This document shows positions 12,575 through 26,923 of a stretch of 64,000 nucleotides of DNA, one piece after another; within the stretch, counting starts at the first letter, position 1; each line of letters opens with the position of its first letter. This DNA is from Cenococcum geophilum (taxonomy: Eukaryota), in NCBI GenBank assembly GCA_050273025.1, contig CP158636.1, forward strand, positions 11,408,001 through 11,472,000. Direction: 5' to 3'. Both the position numbers and the translations under genes were made by a program. The notes beneath the pieces are model-generated. The model saw only the letters and a program-made list of their open reading frames with translations. It was not told the origin of the DNA and ran no database searches.

Positions 12575-13500
12575 TTAAGTAGGTAAAGTTGCCGGGGGCG
12601 TAAAGACTTAGGTAGCGTTATATATAGTAAAGAGGTATCTAGTATTATTATGAATGTACTTATTAAGCTAAGATTATAGGTATTTAATTATGCCTTCTTT
12701 TTTAGTAACTATAGCAATTAGTGCAATCTTATTCTTCTTTAACTGTTAAACGTCGCGTTTAGACACACGGAGGTCGTCTTTAGTTTTTTAATATATATTA
12801 TTGGCGAGCGCCTTATAAGCTTATAGGTCTTAAATAATATCGCAATCTTAAATAGTACGCATTTTAGCTCGTATAAGCTTTAGGTAGTAGTAGTTCTATA
12901 GAAGGCGGTAGTATTTATTATAGTTTTATACTACTATTTTTGCAAACGTCTTAGCGTCTTATATTTCAATTTTAATAGGTAGTAGCCCTTCCGTTTACTT
13001 GTCCGTAGTTATATAGTTAATAAAAGATAAGATATTATCGGTGTTTATCTCCTTAGGGGTTAAGGCTAGGGCTAATAAATCAAATTCTCTTAGGATTAAT
13101 TGGCGTTGTAGGTTAAGTATAGGTATTAGATTATTTTTTAGGTTTAATATAGTAGCTATTAAGAAATATTATCTTACTATTATGGGTTCCTTAAAAGTAT
13201 AAAGTAAGGTAATTTATAGATATGCTGCTTTTAGTAGCGCCTGCAGTATTATAGAGACGTAGAATTGGTTATAGGCTAAGCGTTAGTAGTAAAAAGGCGT
13301 AATATAATGTTATAGAACGGGGGCAGTGGCTATAGAGCGTATGTATTTAAGGAGTCTACAAGACGTTACGCAATTAATCGTAAGGGTCGAGGGCGTAAGG
13401 AGGTAATATACCTACGCGTAGCTAATATAAGCTGTACGCGAGGTATATATAAGAGCACGGGGCTCTCCTATAGAGGCCCCTGCGGTAGGGTTCCGTGATA
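12575..13500 (-). mobile_element. LTR element E fragment: 193-bp LTR (13308-13500) and coiled-coil gag start
   Basis: Minus-strand TATCACGG...CTATAACA (RIPed TGTCACGG...CCGTGACA) followed by a degenerate gag-like frame; cut by the B-family LTR at 12574. Confidence 0.65.
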
Positions 13501-16452
13501 TAAAAGTAGTATAAATAGCAACACAACGATAAATAGGAAGATTTTTATATATAGATGGATAAAAAAGTTGTTTAAGACTAAGTAATTATAGAGAAACGTA
13601 TAAGTTATATTAAAGGAGTATTAATTATAACGTTAAAAAATCTAGAAGAAAGATTAAAGGATTAAAGGAGTAAGAAGTAAATTATAGTACCTATAAACAA
13701 AAGACTAGCGTTTAGATTAGCTAAATAAAGGTTTAAACTTATAAGTAAAGACGAGCTAAGAGTTAACCTAAAGTACCTAATGTATTATATATTGGTATAG
13801 ATTATATATATAGATTATATATATATAATATACATAAAAATCCAAAGGAAAAAAAATTAGAAGTACCCTATAAAGATATATTAGATGTTAAATAAGTAAT
13901 AGTATAAAAATACCAAGTATATATATAGATAGTATTTAGTAGAAGTTTAGGGGTTAGAAGACTTAATACTTTAACTAAAAAGATTTCTTATAAAAGAATA
14001 CTTAAATAAATAATAGTAGTAAGAATATCTAAAGAATATATATTTATAGCATATTAAGGATAAAAAGCGAACTAGGTATTAGTTAAAGAGTAAGCTAAAT
14101 ATAACGGGATTAAGTAGCTAATAGTTAGGAAAAGGAGAGGCCTATAAAACTAAAGGGAGCTAGTAGTAAAGCCTTAGACCTTTAAAGGAATTTAAGGATA
14201 ACACCTAAATTTATAAGTTAATTAGTAAGATTAATAGTTTAAAGCGCTAATAGATAGTAGAGTAATAAGGAACTATATCTTTTTAGTAGTAGTAAAAAGA
14301 ATAGAACTACCTTATTAATAGAAGGAGTACTTTTATCTATTAGTTATAATTTTAAGAGATCTAATAACCTATAGAGGAGGTATTATTAATCTTAAAATAG
14401 GACCTATTTAAATAACTATTAAGGGGAGATAAATTAAGATATCTTTTATTATCTATTACGGGGTAAGTATAAGCGACGATAATATATAACGAGTAGATAT
14501 TATTAAGCTATATATATAAACTATATAATAAAGTTAAGATGTTATATAAGGAAAGAAGGTAGGAAAATGGGAAGAAAGGGTATATATTATTAACTTAGTT
14601 GCTTAATTAACACATATATAGAGTAAAATAGGATTTAGGATATAGTCCTAGCAGAACTTAATAGAATTTAATAAAACTTAGCAAAATATAGTAGAATTTA
14701 GTAAAACTTAGTGGAATATAGCAGAATATAGTAGATTACCATTAAATTGCTATAAGACGCTGCAAATTACGGTCTTATAGATAGTAGAAACAGGTAGGTG
14801 TGTATAAGGTATTATAGGGGTATCCCATAATAGTACCCCACCTTTAAATTTAAGCTTTTATAAGATGGGGCTATAGTAGTTCTAGGTAGAGTTTATAAAA
14901 GTCTTTTATGGCTTATATAAGTCCTATAGAGTTAATAGGTTTTTATAAGGGCTTAATAAAGCCTCTCTATTTTATAAGAGATATATATTAGCATTTCCAT
15001 TTATTATACTTAATGTTATTAATTCTTTTAATAAAGTACTTATTCTTACTATCTACTTTAATTAATAGGGGAGGGTTTTATATTTATCCTAGTAGGGCGT
15101 TTAATATAAGGGTAGTAGGGTAAAGGACTGATATATAGAATATAGGGTCGATTTTAACTATATTAGGGAGCTTTAGTTAGTAGGCGTAAGAAGAGATAAC
15201 CTTCTTAGTAGGTTATTTTATATTTAGATTTCTTATATCTAGCTAGACAAAGTTACTATTTTAATAGGCTAGTACTAGGGTTCGTTTCTTATTTACTACG
15301 GCTTTATAAATAAATTAGGCCTATATTATTTTATTAGTAAGGAACTATTATAGTTCCTCTATCTTTTTTGTAAATTAATTTACTTCTGCAACTTATAAGG
15401 CGTAATAAGTAGGATAAGAAACATTACTAAAAGGTTTAAAACCTATTTATAAATGCTAGCTATAGTTAGCCAGGAATAGGGAGACCTTTATAGTTTCTAA
15501 GACGGAGTTATTTATAGTAAACTTAGTATATACAAGCCAGTTAATCTAGTTATCCTATAAATATAATATATATCTCTAAATATACTATTCCATTATAGTA
15601 TTTATATATTCTATTTAGCTATCCATTTCTAGGTAGTATATAGTAGATAATAGTGCTTTAATGCGGAGTTAGATAGTTAGTTCCTTTTAAAATATAGAGA
15701 TAAACTAGCTACCTTTATTAGAGATAATCGTTTTAGAAAGTTTATAGAGTTTCTATACGTAGTCTAGGAATAGTTAGGCGACGGCAGGTATTAATATATT
15801 AGGGTAGGCGATTAAATACCTTATTTTAGATAGTTGGTCTATAACTACTATAATATTTATACAGCCCTTACTTACGGGGAGGTTAATAATAAAGTTAATT
15901 AAGATATTCTTCTATCTTTAGTCCAGAATGGTAGTGGCTTTAATAGGCTATTATAAGTCTTATACGAAGCTTTAGCTTATTAGTAGATATAGCAGCTAAA
16001 GACGTATCTTTGTATTATATTATATATATTTAGCCAGTAATACTCCTATTAAAGTAGCTTTAGGGTTTTTCCTTAGCTTAGGTGGCTAGCTATTAGTAGG
16101 TCGTATATATATTTAAGGAGCTTAAGCTTAAGTTTGTTATAGTTAGGTATAACTAGGCGGTTTTAGTAGTATAAGCGGTTCCTATAGGCTTTATATTTAC
16201 TTAAAGAAATCCTTTTAAAGCGTCTAATGCTATTTTATATTAGCTTAAGCGTCTCTTAAATAAACTTATTATTTAGGTATTTATTAGTTATAATCCGTTT
16301 AATTAATTAATTAGTTATTTTAAGGACGTGTACTATAATATCTTTAGTAGGAGGGTTAAATAGTTTAGGGTGAAGTAGGGTTTAATTTTAGTAAAAGCGC
16401 GCTTTTTTTAGTACTAGCGTGTCTTGCAAGCGTTAGGTTAGGGCATTAGGCT

Positions 16453-19400
16453 TATAACGGAACCTTATAGCAAGAACTACGATAGGCTCGTTATTAGGCT
16501 AGGTGTGTAGGAAATGCAAGTACAAAAGTCAAGAACGTAATAACAACTGGTGGAGTAGTTGCCTAATAGATTAACTCTAATTATATTCTAAGAATCACTA
16601 CAAAGAAGGAACTATCTAGGTAGGGATTAAGGGTCCTTAAATACATAACCGTACTCCTATAAAATCCTTCTTATATATAATATACGTCTTATATATAAGG
16701 TATATAAGTTCCTCTTATTTCTCTTATTTAATACGTAGCATATTATATAACCTTAGTTACTATTCCTCGTTATATAGTTCTATTGGCTCTATCCTAGACT
16801 ATGCCTAAATTAACTAACTAGCTTCTTCCGTCTCTTCTCTAAGTAGTTATAATATTATACTTAAAGCGTCCGTAACACCATCTCCCTCCTCTTTATCTTT
16901 ATCCTTAAAGATTTAAAACATCTCTAAGTTATTTACTAGAGGTATAATATCCGTCTAATTAATTTAGTTAATATTATTGCTTATTATACCTAAAGCAATT
17001 TCTTCTTTATACGCCCAACGTCGTGCCTATACTATTACTGCAATATTATCTTTTAGTGAGATTATACCGTCTCTATATTCTTATTATTTAAAAGAGGGGT
17101 TAGTTTATATTACGTTAGCAAACCCATCTTTATAACAACCGTCCTCTTACTTAAAGTATACTAAAGCGAATATTTATTCGTCCTATAACGTTCGCTCTAC
17201 TTCTAATACTAAATATACGCGACCTATTACTCTTAATAGTTATCTAGTTCCCTAATTAATTTATTTTAGAATCTTATATTTAATCTACTGCTGCGCGGCT
17301 AGATAGTAAACTATTATAAGCCCTTGCTAAGTTGGAACGTTCCCGTAACGCGGAACAGAAGGCCCTAAATACTTAAATTGCGGCGTCTGCTTATCTACTT
17401 TGTCTTAAGAAGGTTCGTAAGAAGGTTTATTTTAAAAAGTAAAAACTTATAAAATAAGGTCTACAGGAACTAGGTAATAAAAGAACGGATTCTCCTCTAA
17501 TAGAAAAAGAAACAGATCTAAGTAGTTTAGTAACTACTCTTCTTAGGTCCCCCTTAGGTAACTTATTCTTTAGCGATTCTTCTTTATTAATACTGCCTAA
17601 CCTAATCTCTTCTAATACTCCTATACCTTTCCTATAGCGTTCTTTAAATTCTCTAGTGGCTCCTAAGTAGTCTTAGTATAGCCTATCCACTTAACCTTAT
17701 ACTATATTTTATTATTAATGTCCTTATAATTAACAATCTTCAAAACTTGCCATTTGTCTTCTTCTTATCCTCTATACGTATCTGCTTTATAGACCGGTGG
17801 CTTAATATTCCTATATACTGGCTCTAGTATTATAATATGCTATATAGGGTAGATCTTTATTTTGGCTAGTAGGTTTAACTTAAACGTAACTAGTAAAATC
17901 CTCTATATAATTTTAAAAGGTCTTAGTCTAACATAGTCCAATTTCTTACTTAGTTATTAACTCTTAAAATTTTTATATAGTAGCTATACTTTATCTCCCT
18001 CCTTAAGATCTAGTCCCTTAGATCTCTTAGCATTATAGTACCTTTTTATTCTCTGCTATACTACCTTAGCTGTCTCTATAAGGTCTATATAAAGATTTAT
18101 TAAATCCTTTATTCTTTCTTTAGCTATACTACTCGTTTTCTTTACTTGCTATAGTAACAATAATATTCTTAGCTTATATCTATAATTTGCCTTAAATAGT
18201 AATATGCCTATTTCTTCTTAAGGTGTTGCATTATACGCAAATTATATAACTAGTAATAGCGATACCTAATTATTCTGTACATAATTAATATAATGCCTTA
18301 GATATTATTCTAGTATCTAGTTTAATCTTTCCGTTTAACCGTCTGTTTGTAGATAATATATAGTAGAAGTTGCTGCTTAAACTCCTTGCTCCGCTAAGAA
18401 CACTTCCTAAAATACTACTATAAATCTTAGATCTCTATCCAATATAATCTTACTTAGTGCTCTATATCTTATAAATACTTCTTTAACGTAGATTCTAGCG
18501 ATATCTTCTGCTGAGATTTCTTCTATATATACTATAAAGTATCCCTACTTTATAAGCTTATCCACTATTATTAAGATCGCGTTATAATCTTATCCGGTAA
18601 TAGGGTCCTTTAATTTTAGTAACTTAATAATAAAGTCCCATAATATAACCTCCTATAGTCTCTCTAGTATTTTAATAGGTTGTAGCCCTCTATATAGCTT
18701 ATGCCTTATTAGTTTATTCCTTTAGCAATCTAGATATTCCTTTATAACTTTTCTAGCTATTTTCTAAATTTTATTAATAATGTATTCCTTTTAGAGTCTC
18801 GACACTAAGCCCGTAGCCCTATTATGTTCTTAAGTTAGTCCCTTATTAAAGTCTTCTATAAACTGCTTTGCTATACTTCTTAGGATATACTTTACTTCTT
18901 AATTTTCGTATATATCCGTCTATAAATCTTCTAGCTATACTTCTAGAATTCTTTATACCTAAAAGCTTTCTGGTATCTTATAGACTTTCTCTAGTTTATT
19001 ATCTTCTTAAGTTACTATAATTTTCGGATAATTATACCTAATTAATCTATCTATATCTTTTCGCAATAAAGCCCCCAATGGCTTTTCCTTATTTTATAGT
19101 TTAGCTTTACAGCTTAGAGCATCTACCCGTGTATTATCTGTACCTTTAGTATACTAAATCTTAAAATAGTATTCCGCAAGTATCTCTACCCATCTAACCT
19201 ATCTTTAGTTAAGTTCCTTTGTTGTTAAAAATCCTATTAGGTTCTTATAATCCATCTTAACCACAAATAGTTTCTCTATGCCTTATAAGAATACCCTCTA
19301 TTTCTTTAATACTATAACTATACCTAATAACTCCTTATTATAGATGTTATAGTTTAGCTCTAGTAGTGTTATCTTCCAACTATAGTATACTACTAGGTGC

Positions 19401-22400
19401 TATCTATCTTAATGCCTTTATATAAAGCACGCCCCTAGTATATAGTCTAATATATCTATCTCTACAACCGTCTCTAGTCCTAGTTAATAGATTTTAAGAA
19501 CTGGCTCCTAGGTAAACAACTCTTTAACTTTCTTAAAGAGTTTTTTTTACTCCTCTCCCTATGCCTATAGTTCTTCTTTCTTTATTAACCGCGTAAATGG
19601 CTTAATATCCTTTAACTACTATGCTATAAACCTTCTGCAGTAATTACAAAACCCTAAAAACGATCTTAACTATATAATGTTCTCTAGTTCCTGCTAATTT
19701 ACTATAGCCTTAATCTTTTTTAGATCTATGCTAAATTGGCCTAGTTTAATAATAAATCTAATAAAATTGGTCTTCCTAGTAAAGAACTCACATTTCTTAA
19801 TTGCTACTAGCATCTATTCTTCCTATAGTCTCTTTAAGACCCATTTAACGTATTCCCCATATTCTTTCTTAGTCATTAAGTAGATAATAATATCGTTAAG
19901 ATATACCATAATAAATTTATCTAAGTATTCTCCTAATACATTATTAATACGTTTTTGGAACATTGCTGGTGCGTTTATAAGCCTAAATTATATAACTAAT
20001 AGTTTGTATAGTCCTTTCTTTAACCTAAAGGCTACCTTCTATTTATCGCCTTCCTTAATCCTAATTTAATAGTACGCCCATCTTAGATCTATCTTTATAA
20101 AGATTTGCGTATTACCTATCCTATCTTAGATTTCGCTAATTAAGGGTAAAGAATACCTATCCTTCCTAGTAATACTATTTAACTGTCTATAGTTAATACA
20201 CAGCCTTAGTTTACCATTTTTCTTTAGTATAAATAGTACTGGATAACCCGCTAATAATTGCGATGGTCTAATATATCCCTTTTATAGATTTTCCTAGATA
20301 AACTCTTTTAGCGCTCTACCTTCTTCTTTAGTAAGCTTATAGATTAGAAAGAACTTTAGACTTATCCCTAGTTCTAATTCTATCTTATAGTCCTATACTA
20401 TATATTCTAATAGCTTTTTACTTTCCGATAACTATAGTTTTTTGCTATACTTATAATATCTCTTTAGTATATAACTTAGTCCTTTTTCTATTTTTTTATA
20501 GGTTGCTCCTACTTAATACTATACCAACTTAGCTTATTATTATATCTTACGGCATTAAGTATCTTTAATATTAACCTAACCTGTAATCCAATTAATCCTT
20601 AGATTATATTCCTATAACTAAGGTATACCTAATACTACCTTATCCCGTCCTAATAGTAGGATATTAAAAAACATCTTAATTTATCTTCCTTTAATAGTTA
20701 TCTAAATAGGTCCTGTTTTAAGATTAATAATCCCTCCTCTATAGGTTATTAAATCCCCTAAAATTGTAACTAATAGATAAGGTTACTCCTTTTATCTATA
20801 AGGTAGTCCTATTCTCTTAACTATTGCTAGTAAGATATAGTTTTACGTTACTCCACTATCTATTAGCGCTTTAAACTACTAATCTTACTAATTAATTTAT
20901 AAATTTAGGTGTCGTCCTTAAATTCCTTTAAGGGTCTAAGGCTCTACTACTAGCTCCCTCTAGTCCCGTAGGCCTCTACTTTTCTTAACTATTAGCTGCT
21001 TAATCCTAATACACTTAGCTTACTCTTTAGCCAATACCTAGTTCGCTTTTTATCTTTAATATACCATAGATATATATTTTCTAGGCATTCCTACTACTAT
21101 TATCCGTCTAAGTATTCTTCTATAAGGAATCTTCCTAGTTAAAGTACTACGCTTCCTTCCTCTTAGACCTCTGCTAGATGCCATCTATATATATATTTAG
21201 CATTCCTATACTATTACTTGTCCGTTATCTAGTATATTCTTATAAGGTATTTCCAATTCTTTTCCTTCGGATTCTTATGCATTTTATATATATTATCTAT
21301 GTATATAATCCATAATAATATATAGTGTGCTAGGTGCTTTAGGTTAACTCTTAGCTCGTTTTTATTCCTAAGTTTAAACCTTTATTATGCTGATTTAAAC
21401 GTTACGACTTTATTTACAGGTACTAAGATACGTCTCTCGCTTCTCTAGTCCTCTAAACGTTCCTTTAGATCCTTTAACGTTATAATTAAGGCTCCTTTAA
21501 TATGCGTTATAGCCTTTTCTATAATTAGGTAGTCCTAGATAACTTTTTTATTTAACCACATATAAAAATCTTCCTACTTATTATTATGCCTTTGCCTATA
21601 CCACTTTTAGTATAGCTACTAGAGTATATACGGTCTATCCGTAAGGAAGTATCTTCTTATTACTATATTATAATAGCTCTTTATATATTGTTTTTTAAAC
21701 CTAGTTAGAATCCCTAGATCCTCTTTACTTTCTAGTTTAATAAGCCACTTAGCTCTTAGTATACCTGCTCTCGGCCTATTAGTAATTCTTTATACTAGTG
21801 TTCTATCCTTTATACGTCCTAATATGCTAGATCTCTTATCTAGTTTCTGTTCTTGCTATACGATAATTCTTTACCTAAACTCTTCTATAGTTTCTTTTAG
21901 TTTACGCCTTGCGCTCTAATCCTTAAAGTTATCTTACTTCTTAATCCTAGTATTAAACTTTTAATCTTTAGGCTAAATACTACGTTCCCCTAGTAAGTCT
22001 TCTAGGTCTATATATCTGTCTCCCAGTTTAACTGCTATTTATATTATAGATTTTCTAATCTATAAAGAAGCTCCTTACCTTTTATCTATAAGTGCCCTTA
22101 TTTATACTCTAAAATCTTAGTCCCTTAGATTCTTTAATCCTAAGCTTGCTTTTAACTTAAGCTTAGCTCCCGCCTTAGTCTAACTAGGGGTCCATAGTGT
22201 TCTTATCTTATCTTAAGAGTTTTAAATCTTACTTATTTCGTCTTAAGAGTCTTATATCTATAGGAAACTTTATCCCAAGCTTATTTATATATTTCTAAAC
22301 TAAGCTACTGCCCTGCTTTATCAGTTTTCGTCCGTTATAGGTCCTAGGGTATGCCTTATCTTATCTTAAGAATCTTAGTCGTCTCTTATCTCGTCTTAAG

Positions 22401-24403
22401 AATCTTAAGCCTTTAGCCTTTTACCTTTATTAAGTGCCAAAGTGGTTTACTATTCTACTTCTCTTATATCTTATAAAGCGATAGACATTATATCTAGTGG
22501 GGTTTTAATCCCTACTAATATTCCTTATTCTATAGTGGAATTATCCTCTACCTCTAGTATAACATCTCTAAGGTCTACTCGCTCCTAGTAAGCGGCCCTT
22601 ATTGCCTTATTATTATAGAATATTTCGCTTAGGTTAAATTTATTATCCTTAATATCTAATCTGCGAACTGGTTTATTGGTTCCTCTATATCCTATAGGTG
22701 CTAGCTCTTATAGCCAATAGCTTACGCTATACTTAGCGTCCTTATAAATTTAGTATATGTTGTTATAACAAAACGCAAAACTTTTAATTAAATATTCTTT
22801 TGTTCCTCGCAGTATATTATCATCCCTCTATACGTATATATCGTCTACTAGTCTTATACCCTTTACTGTATAGTAACTCTACCTACTTCTATAGTCTCTA
22901 ACATAATAACCCTGTTTTCCGCAATTTATATAAGCTCCTTCTTTAAACTATTTCTCTTGCTATAGAGTTCGCCTAAATATCTTCTGCTATTAAGATCCCT
23001 AATTTAGCCTTTGCTCCTTAGACCTTTAATTACTTAATCCTTATCCTCTAGGTTTCTATAGTTTACTTTATCTCTTATAGGCTTCTTTAGTACCACTTAG
23101 GTCTATTAGCTTTACGCTATACTATAGTTTCTAACTTAGCTTTTATTATTACGTATTCTACGCCTTATACAACTATAGAACTCTATTCTAGCCTTTCTTA
23201 GCCTATTCCCTTTAGTAGATCTAATTATTAATCTTAATCGCCTAATCTATTAGTTCCCTTAGGGTGTCCGTATCTTCTATTAGAATAATTATATCCTAGA
23301 CTTTAGCCTTAAGTCCCTATTTATACTATGCCATAAGCGCCCTATTATTCTACTCTACTTATATTGCTAGCGTCTAGAACTATATTATATACTTAATTGC
23401 TAAAGTTCGTTATACAAGGTTCTGGAGTTTTCTTTCCGCTATAGTTGTTTCTTTTAGGTCTCTAAATATCTACGTAAGTCGTTCTATAAATCCTTCCTAA
23501 CTTAAGAATATAAATTACATATCTTAGTTAGTAGTCGTTATTCTATTTGCCTATATCTCTATAAGGTAAGGTTTAAACTACTTAAGTGCTTTTCCTAATA
23601 AGAATAGTCCTGCATAGGCTATCCGATCTACAGGTGTAGGTAACTTTGCTCCCTCCTATAAGACCTTAAAGTACATTTATATAAGGAATCCTTTAAGCTT
23701 TAACCTCTCTCCTATAAATCTCTTAATTAATAGTAGCTTAATCTTTACTGCTCCTATCCCATTAAGTCTTTCTTCCAATACTATATTATTAGCTATTAGC
23801 TAGTTAACTATTTCCTATAGCTGTCTAACCGTCATAGGTTACTATAAGTCAGTATCTGCCATACTAGTATCACCTCCTATCCTTAAAGTAGTTGCTGCCG
23901 TTAATAGCGTTGTGGTGGCTGCTTTTAGTGGCATATTATTCAACTTCTTATATTAATACTATAACTAGGTAGTAATTATATAACGGAACCTTATAGCAAG
24001 AACTACGATAGGCTTATTATTAGGCTAGGTATATAGGAAATACAAGTATAAGAGTTAAGAACGTAATAACAACTAGTGGAGTAGTTGCCTAATAAATTAA
24101 CTCTAATTATATTCTAAGAATTACTATAAAGAAGGAACTATCTAGGTAGGGACTAAGGGTCCTTAAATACATAACCGTACTCCTATAAAATCCTTCTTAT
24201 ACGTAATATACGTCTTATACGTAAGGTACGTAAGTTCCTCTCGTTCCTCTTATTCAATACGTAGCATATTATGTGTCCTTAGTTACCATTCCTCATCACA
24301 TAGTTCTATCGGCTCCATTCTAGACCGTGCCTAAATCAACTAACTAGCTTCTTCCGTCTCTTCTCCAAGTAGTTGTAACATTGTACTTAAAGCGTCCGTA
24401 ACA
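16453..24403 (-). mobile_element. Full-length chromodomain Gypsy element B (7951 bp)
   Basis: 425-bp LTRs 16453-16877 and 23979-24403; TSD AGGCT on both sides; PPT AAGAGGAGGGAGATGG; protease ALIDSG ~20860; RT YL(D)DII ~19890; integrase; chromodomain WQVLKIV...VKWIGY...(W)EP ~17.7 kb. Confidence 0.96.
16986..17640 (+). pseudogene. Antisense accessory ORF in element B: six-Cys Zn-cluster-like domain plus coiled coil
   Basis: De-RIPed (M)PKA...EI(M)PS(P)(C)S.(C).KEGLV(C).....PS..QPSS(C)..(C)TKAN..SS(C)(D)VRS, then a probable intron, then ARLDS...ALAKLERSRNAEQKAL...AASA(R)LL(R)LKKVRKKV...GLQEL. 3' end is approximate. Confidence 0.7.
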
Positions 24404-25749
24404 AGGCTTTTAGCCTTAAACGCCTAAGCGGTATATAATTAAGAATTAATAATAAGATAAGTATTCTAACTAGTGGGCCTAATAGTAGCTTAGCTATTTT
24501 ATAGTTATAAAGTACTATAGGTTCTTATAGTTGCTAAGGACCTTAATTAGAAATCTAGCGCCTTCTAGTTTAGGTCGCCATTATTTGAAATATCTTTAAT
24601 AGCTAATAATTCCTTATCGTAGATCTCGTAGTTATATTTAACTAGGCTTAGTTATTTTAAGAAGTATACTATAGGGTATAATACTTTATCCTTATTATAT
24701 TAAGATAGGATACCTTTAATACTATAGTTAGACAAGTTGGCTTCTATAACACTTATTTAGTTTAGGTTAAAGTATTAGAGTACTAGCGTAGTAGTAAATA
24801 TAACCTTTAGATAGGTAAAGGCCTTCTTATATTCCTTATTAAAGATAAAGGCTTTGTCCTTTTAAGTTAAAGCTATAAAAGGTAAAACTAGAGCAAAGAA
24901 GTTATTAATAAACCGTTAGTAGAAATTAGTAAATCCTATAAAGACTCTTATATTCTTAACGTTCTTAGGTTTTTACTAGTTTATAATTGCTTTAATTTTC
25001 TTTAAGTCTATTTATATGCCGTTTATAGAGATAAAAAGTCTAAGGTATAGGACTTCCATTTTATAGAACTTGTATTTATCTACGTTTAATTATAGACTAG
25101 CTCCGTGTAAGGCTTATAAAATAAGGTTAATATATTTTTAGTATTTAGTTAGGTTATTACTATATATTAAGATATTATTAATATAAGCGGTATAGAAAAT
25201 GTCTAGGTAGGAATATAGGGTGTTATTTATATAATATTAGAACGAGCTTAGGGCATTTATAAGGCTAAATAGCGTTACTAAGTATTTAAATAATTTATAC
25301 TAAGTACGAAATATAGTAAGCTATTTATTTTCTTTTGCTATATAGAGACGGTTAAATATAGAGATAATATTAAGCTTTATATAGTAGCGAGCCTTACTTA
25401 GTTAGTTTAGCGTCCCTTATATTAATGGGATTAGATATTAGTTTTTAATAGTAACGGCGTTAAGAGCTTAGTATTCTATATAGAAGTATAAACCGCCGTT
25501 AAGTTTCTTAACGAAGATTACTAGTACGGCTATAGGCGATAAGCTTACTTTAATAAATTCTTTACTTAGGTTCTTATCTAAATACTTTTATAATACTTAG
25601 AGTTTATTTTAGGATATCCTGTATAGGGGTCTAAATCTAGGCTACTTTCCTTTTTTAAGTATAATCTTATAATTATATAGTTGGTATTTTAGTAGCTTAT
25701 TAGCTTTCTTTTATAAAAATATATCTAGGTAGTAATAATACTCTACTAG

Positions 25750-26016
25750 TGTAGTGGTGTACGCGGTCCCTCTTAGATAGGAAGTTACAGTGCTGTCAGG
25801 TTGGTCGGCCGGTCATAGTTAGTCAGTAAAAATCTATAGGAAAGCAGTTAGTAAGAAGAGAAGAAAAGAGTGTATTGTGTGTCCGTTATACCTATCCGAG
25901 TTATTGAAGACTCTAAAGGCTCTAAACCGATCTATATAACTTATAGAAGGCCTAGGCTCTCCCAAAGCTATGCCTAATCTAGATATTAAATCTAGGGGCC
26001 AAATCACACCACCGCA
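25750..26016. mobile_element. Solo LTR (267 bp) with 4-bp TSD CTAG
   Basis: TGTAGTGGTGT...ACACCACCGCA inverted termini; removing it and one CTAG restores the pol frame of element C (KV(P)VEY..YLD.F). Confidence 0.85.
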
Positions 26017-26923
26017 CTAGTACCTTTATAGCAGGGTTGGTATACTTCTTTAGTACTAAGGCCTTCTTAATATCGGCTATTATAACAGCGAAAATTGTAT
26101 ACTTAGGTTTCTTAGTAAGTTATACTAGTAGGGTAGCTCTAATTATACGGATATCTAGGGTGTTAAGGTTATTTAGATTAGCTATAGTTTCTTATATAGC
26201 TTCCTATTTAGCTTTAAGTTTAGTATTAAATTTAGAGTTAGTATTAAATTTAGGTTTGTGTTCTTTAAGTATACTTTTTATAGTAGAGTACTAGTCCTTC
26301 TAGTACTTTTATATAGTAAGCTTAAGCTTTTACTTAGCGCGGGGTAGTATAGTACTTAGGGTCTATTTATAGGGTTTAGTAGAATTTTTGAATCCTTAAT
26401 AGATATTAGTAGAAGTCTTATATTAGTGGAATTTGGTGGAATTCTTAGATCTTAGTAGATTTTTTTAAATTTGGTTTTAGGCCTAAGTAGTAAGTTATAA
26501 GGCACTTCTGCTTATAATAGGAGGCGGTAAATAAAAGCTTAAGGTTATCCTAATTAATAGTTATCTTATATAGCTTTATCTAGGGTTATTTAAGGATTAC
26601 TAAGTAATTTAGGGTAATAATAAAAAGTCTAATTAGTTCTTTATGGTTTAGATATTAAAGTTTTAGGAATACTATATAGGTAATACGGCCTAAGACGGTG
26701 CGTTTACTATTAAATCTATATATATTAATATACTAGTTAAGGGAGGTTAGGGTAAACTATTACTTTACGCGAAGATCTTATTAATAAATCCTATATCGCT
26801 GGCTCCTATATTAATTAAGACTTAAGTATTAACCTATTAATTATTCTGCTATAGGCGGCAGTTAACGGTTATACTATAATCCTAAGAGTTAGAGTTTGTA
26901 ATATTTAAAGTATTTAATAAAAT

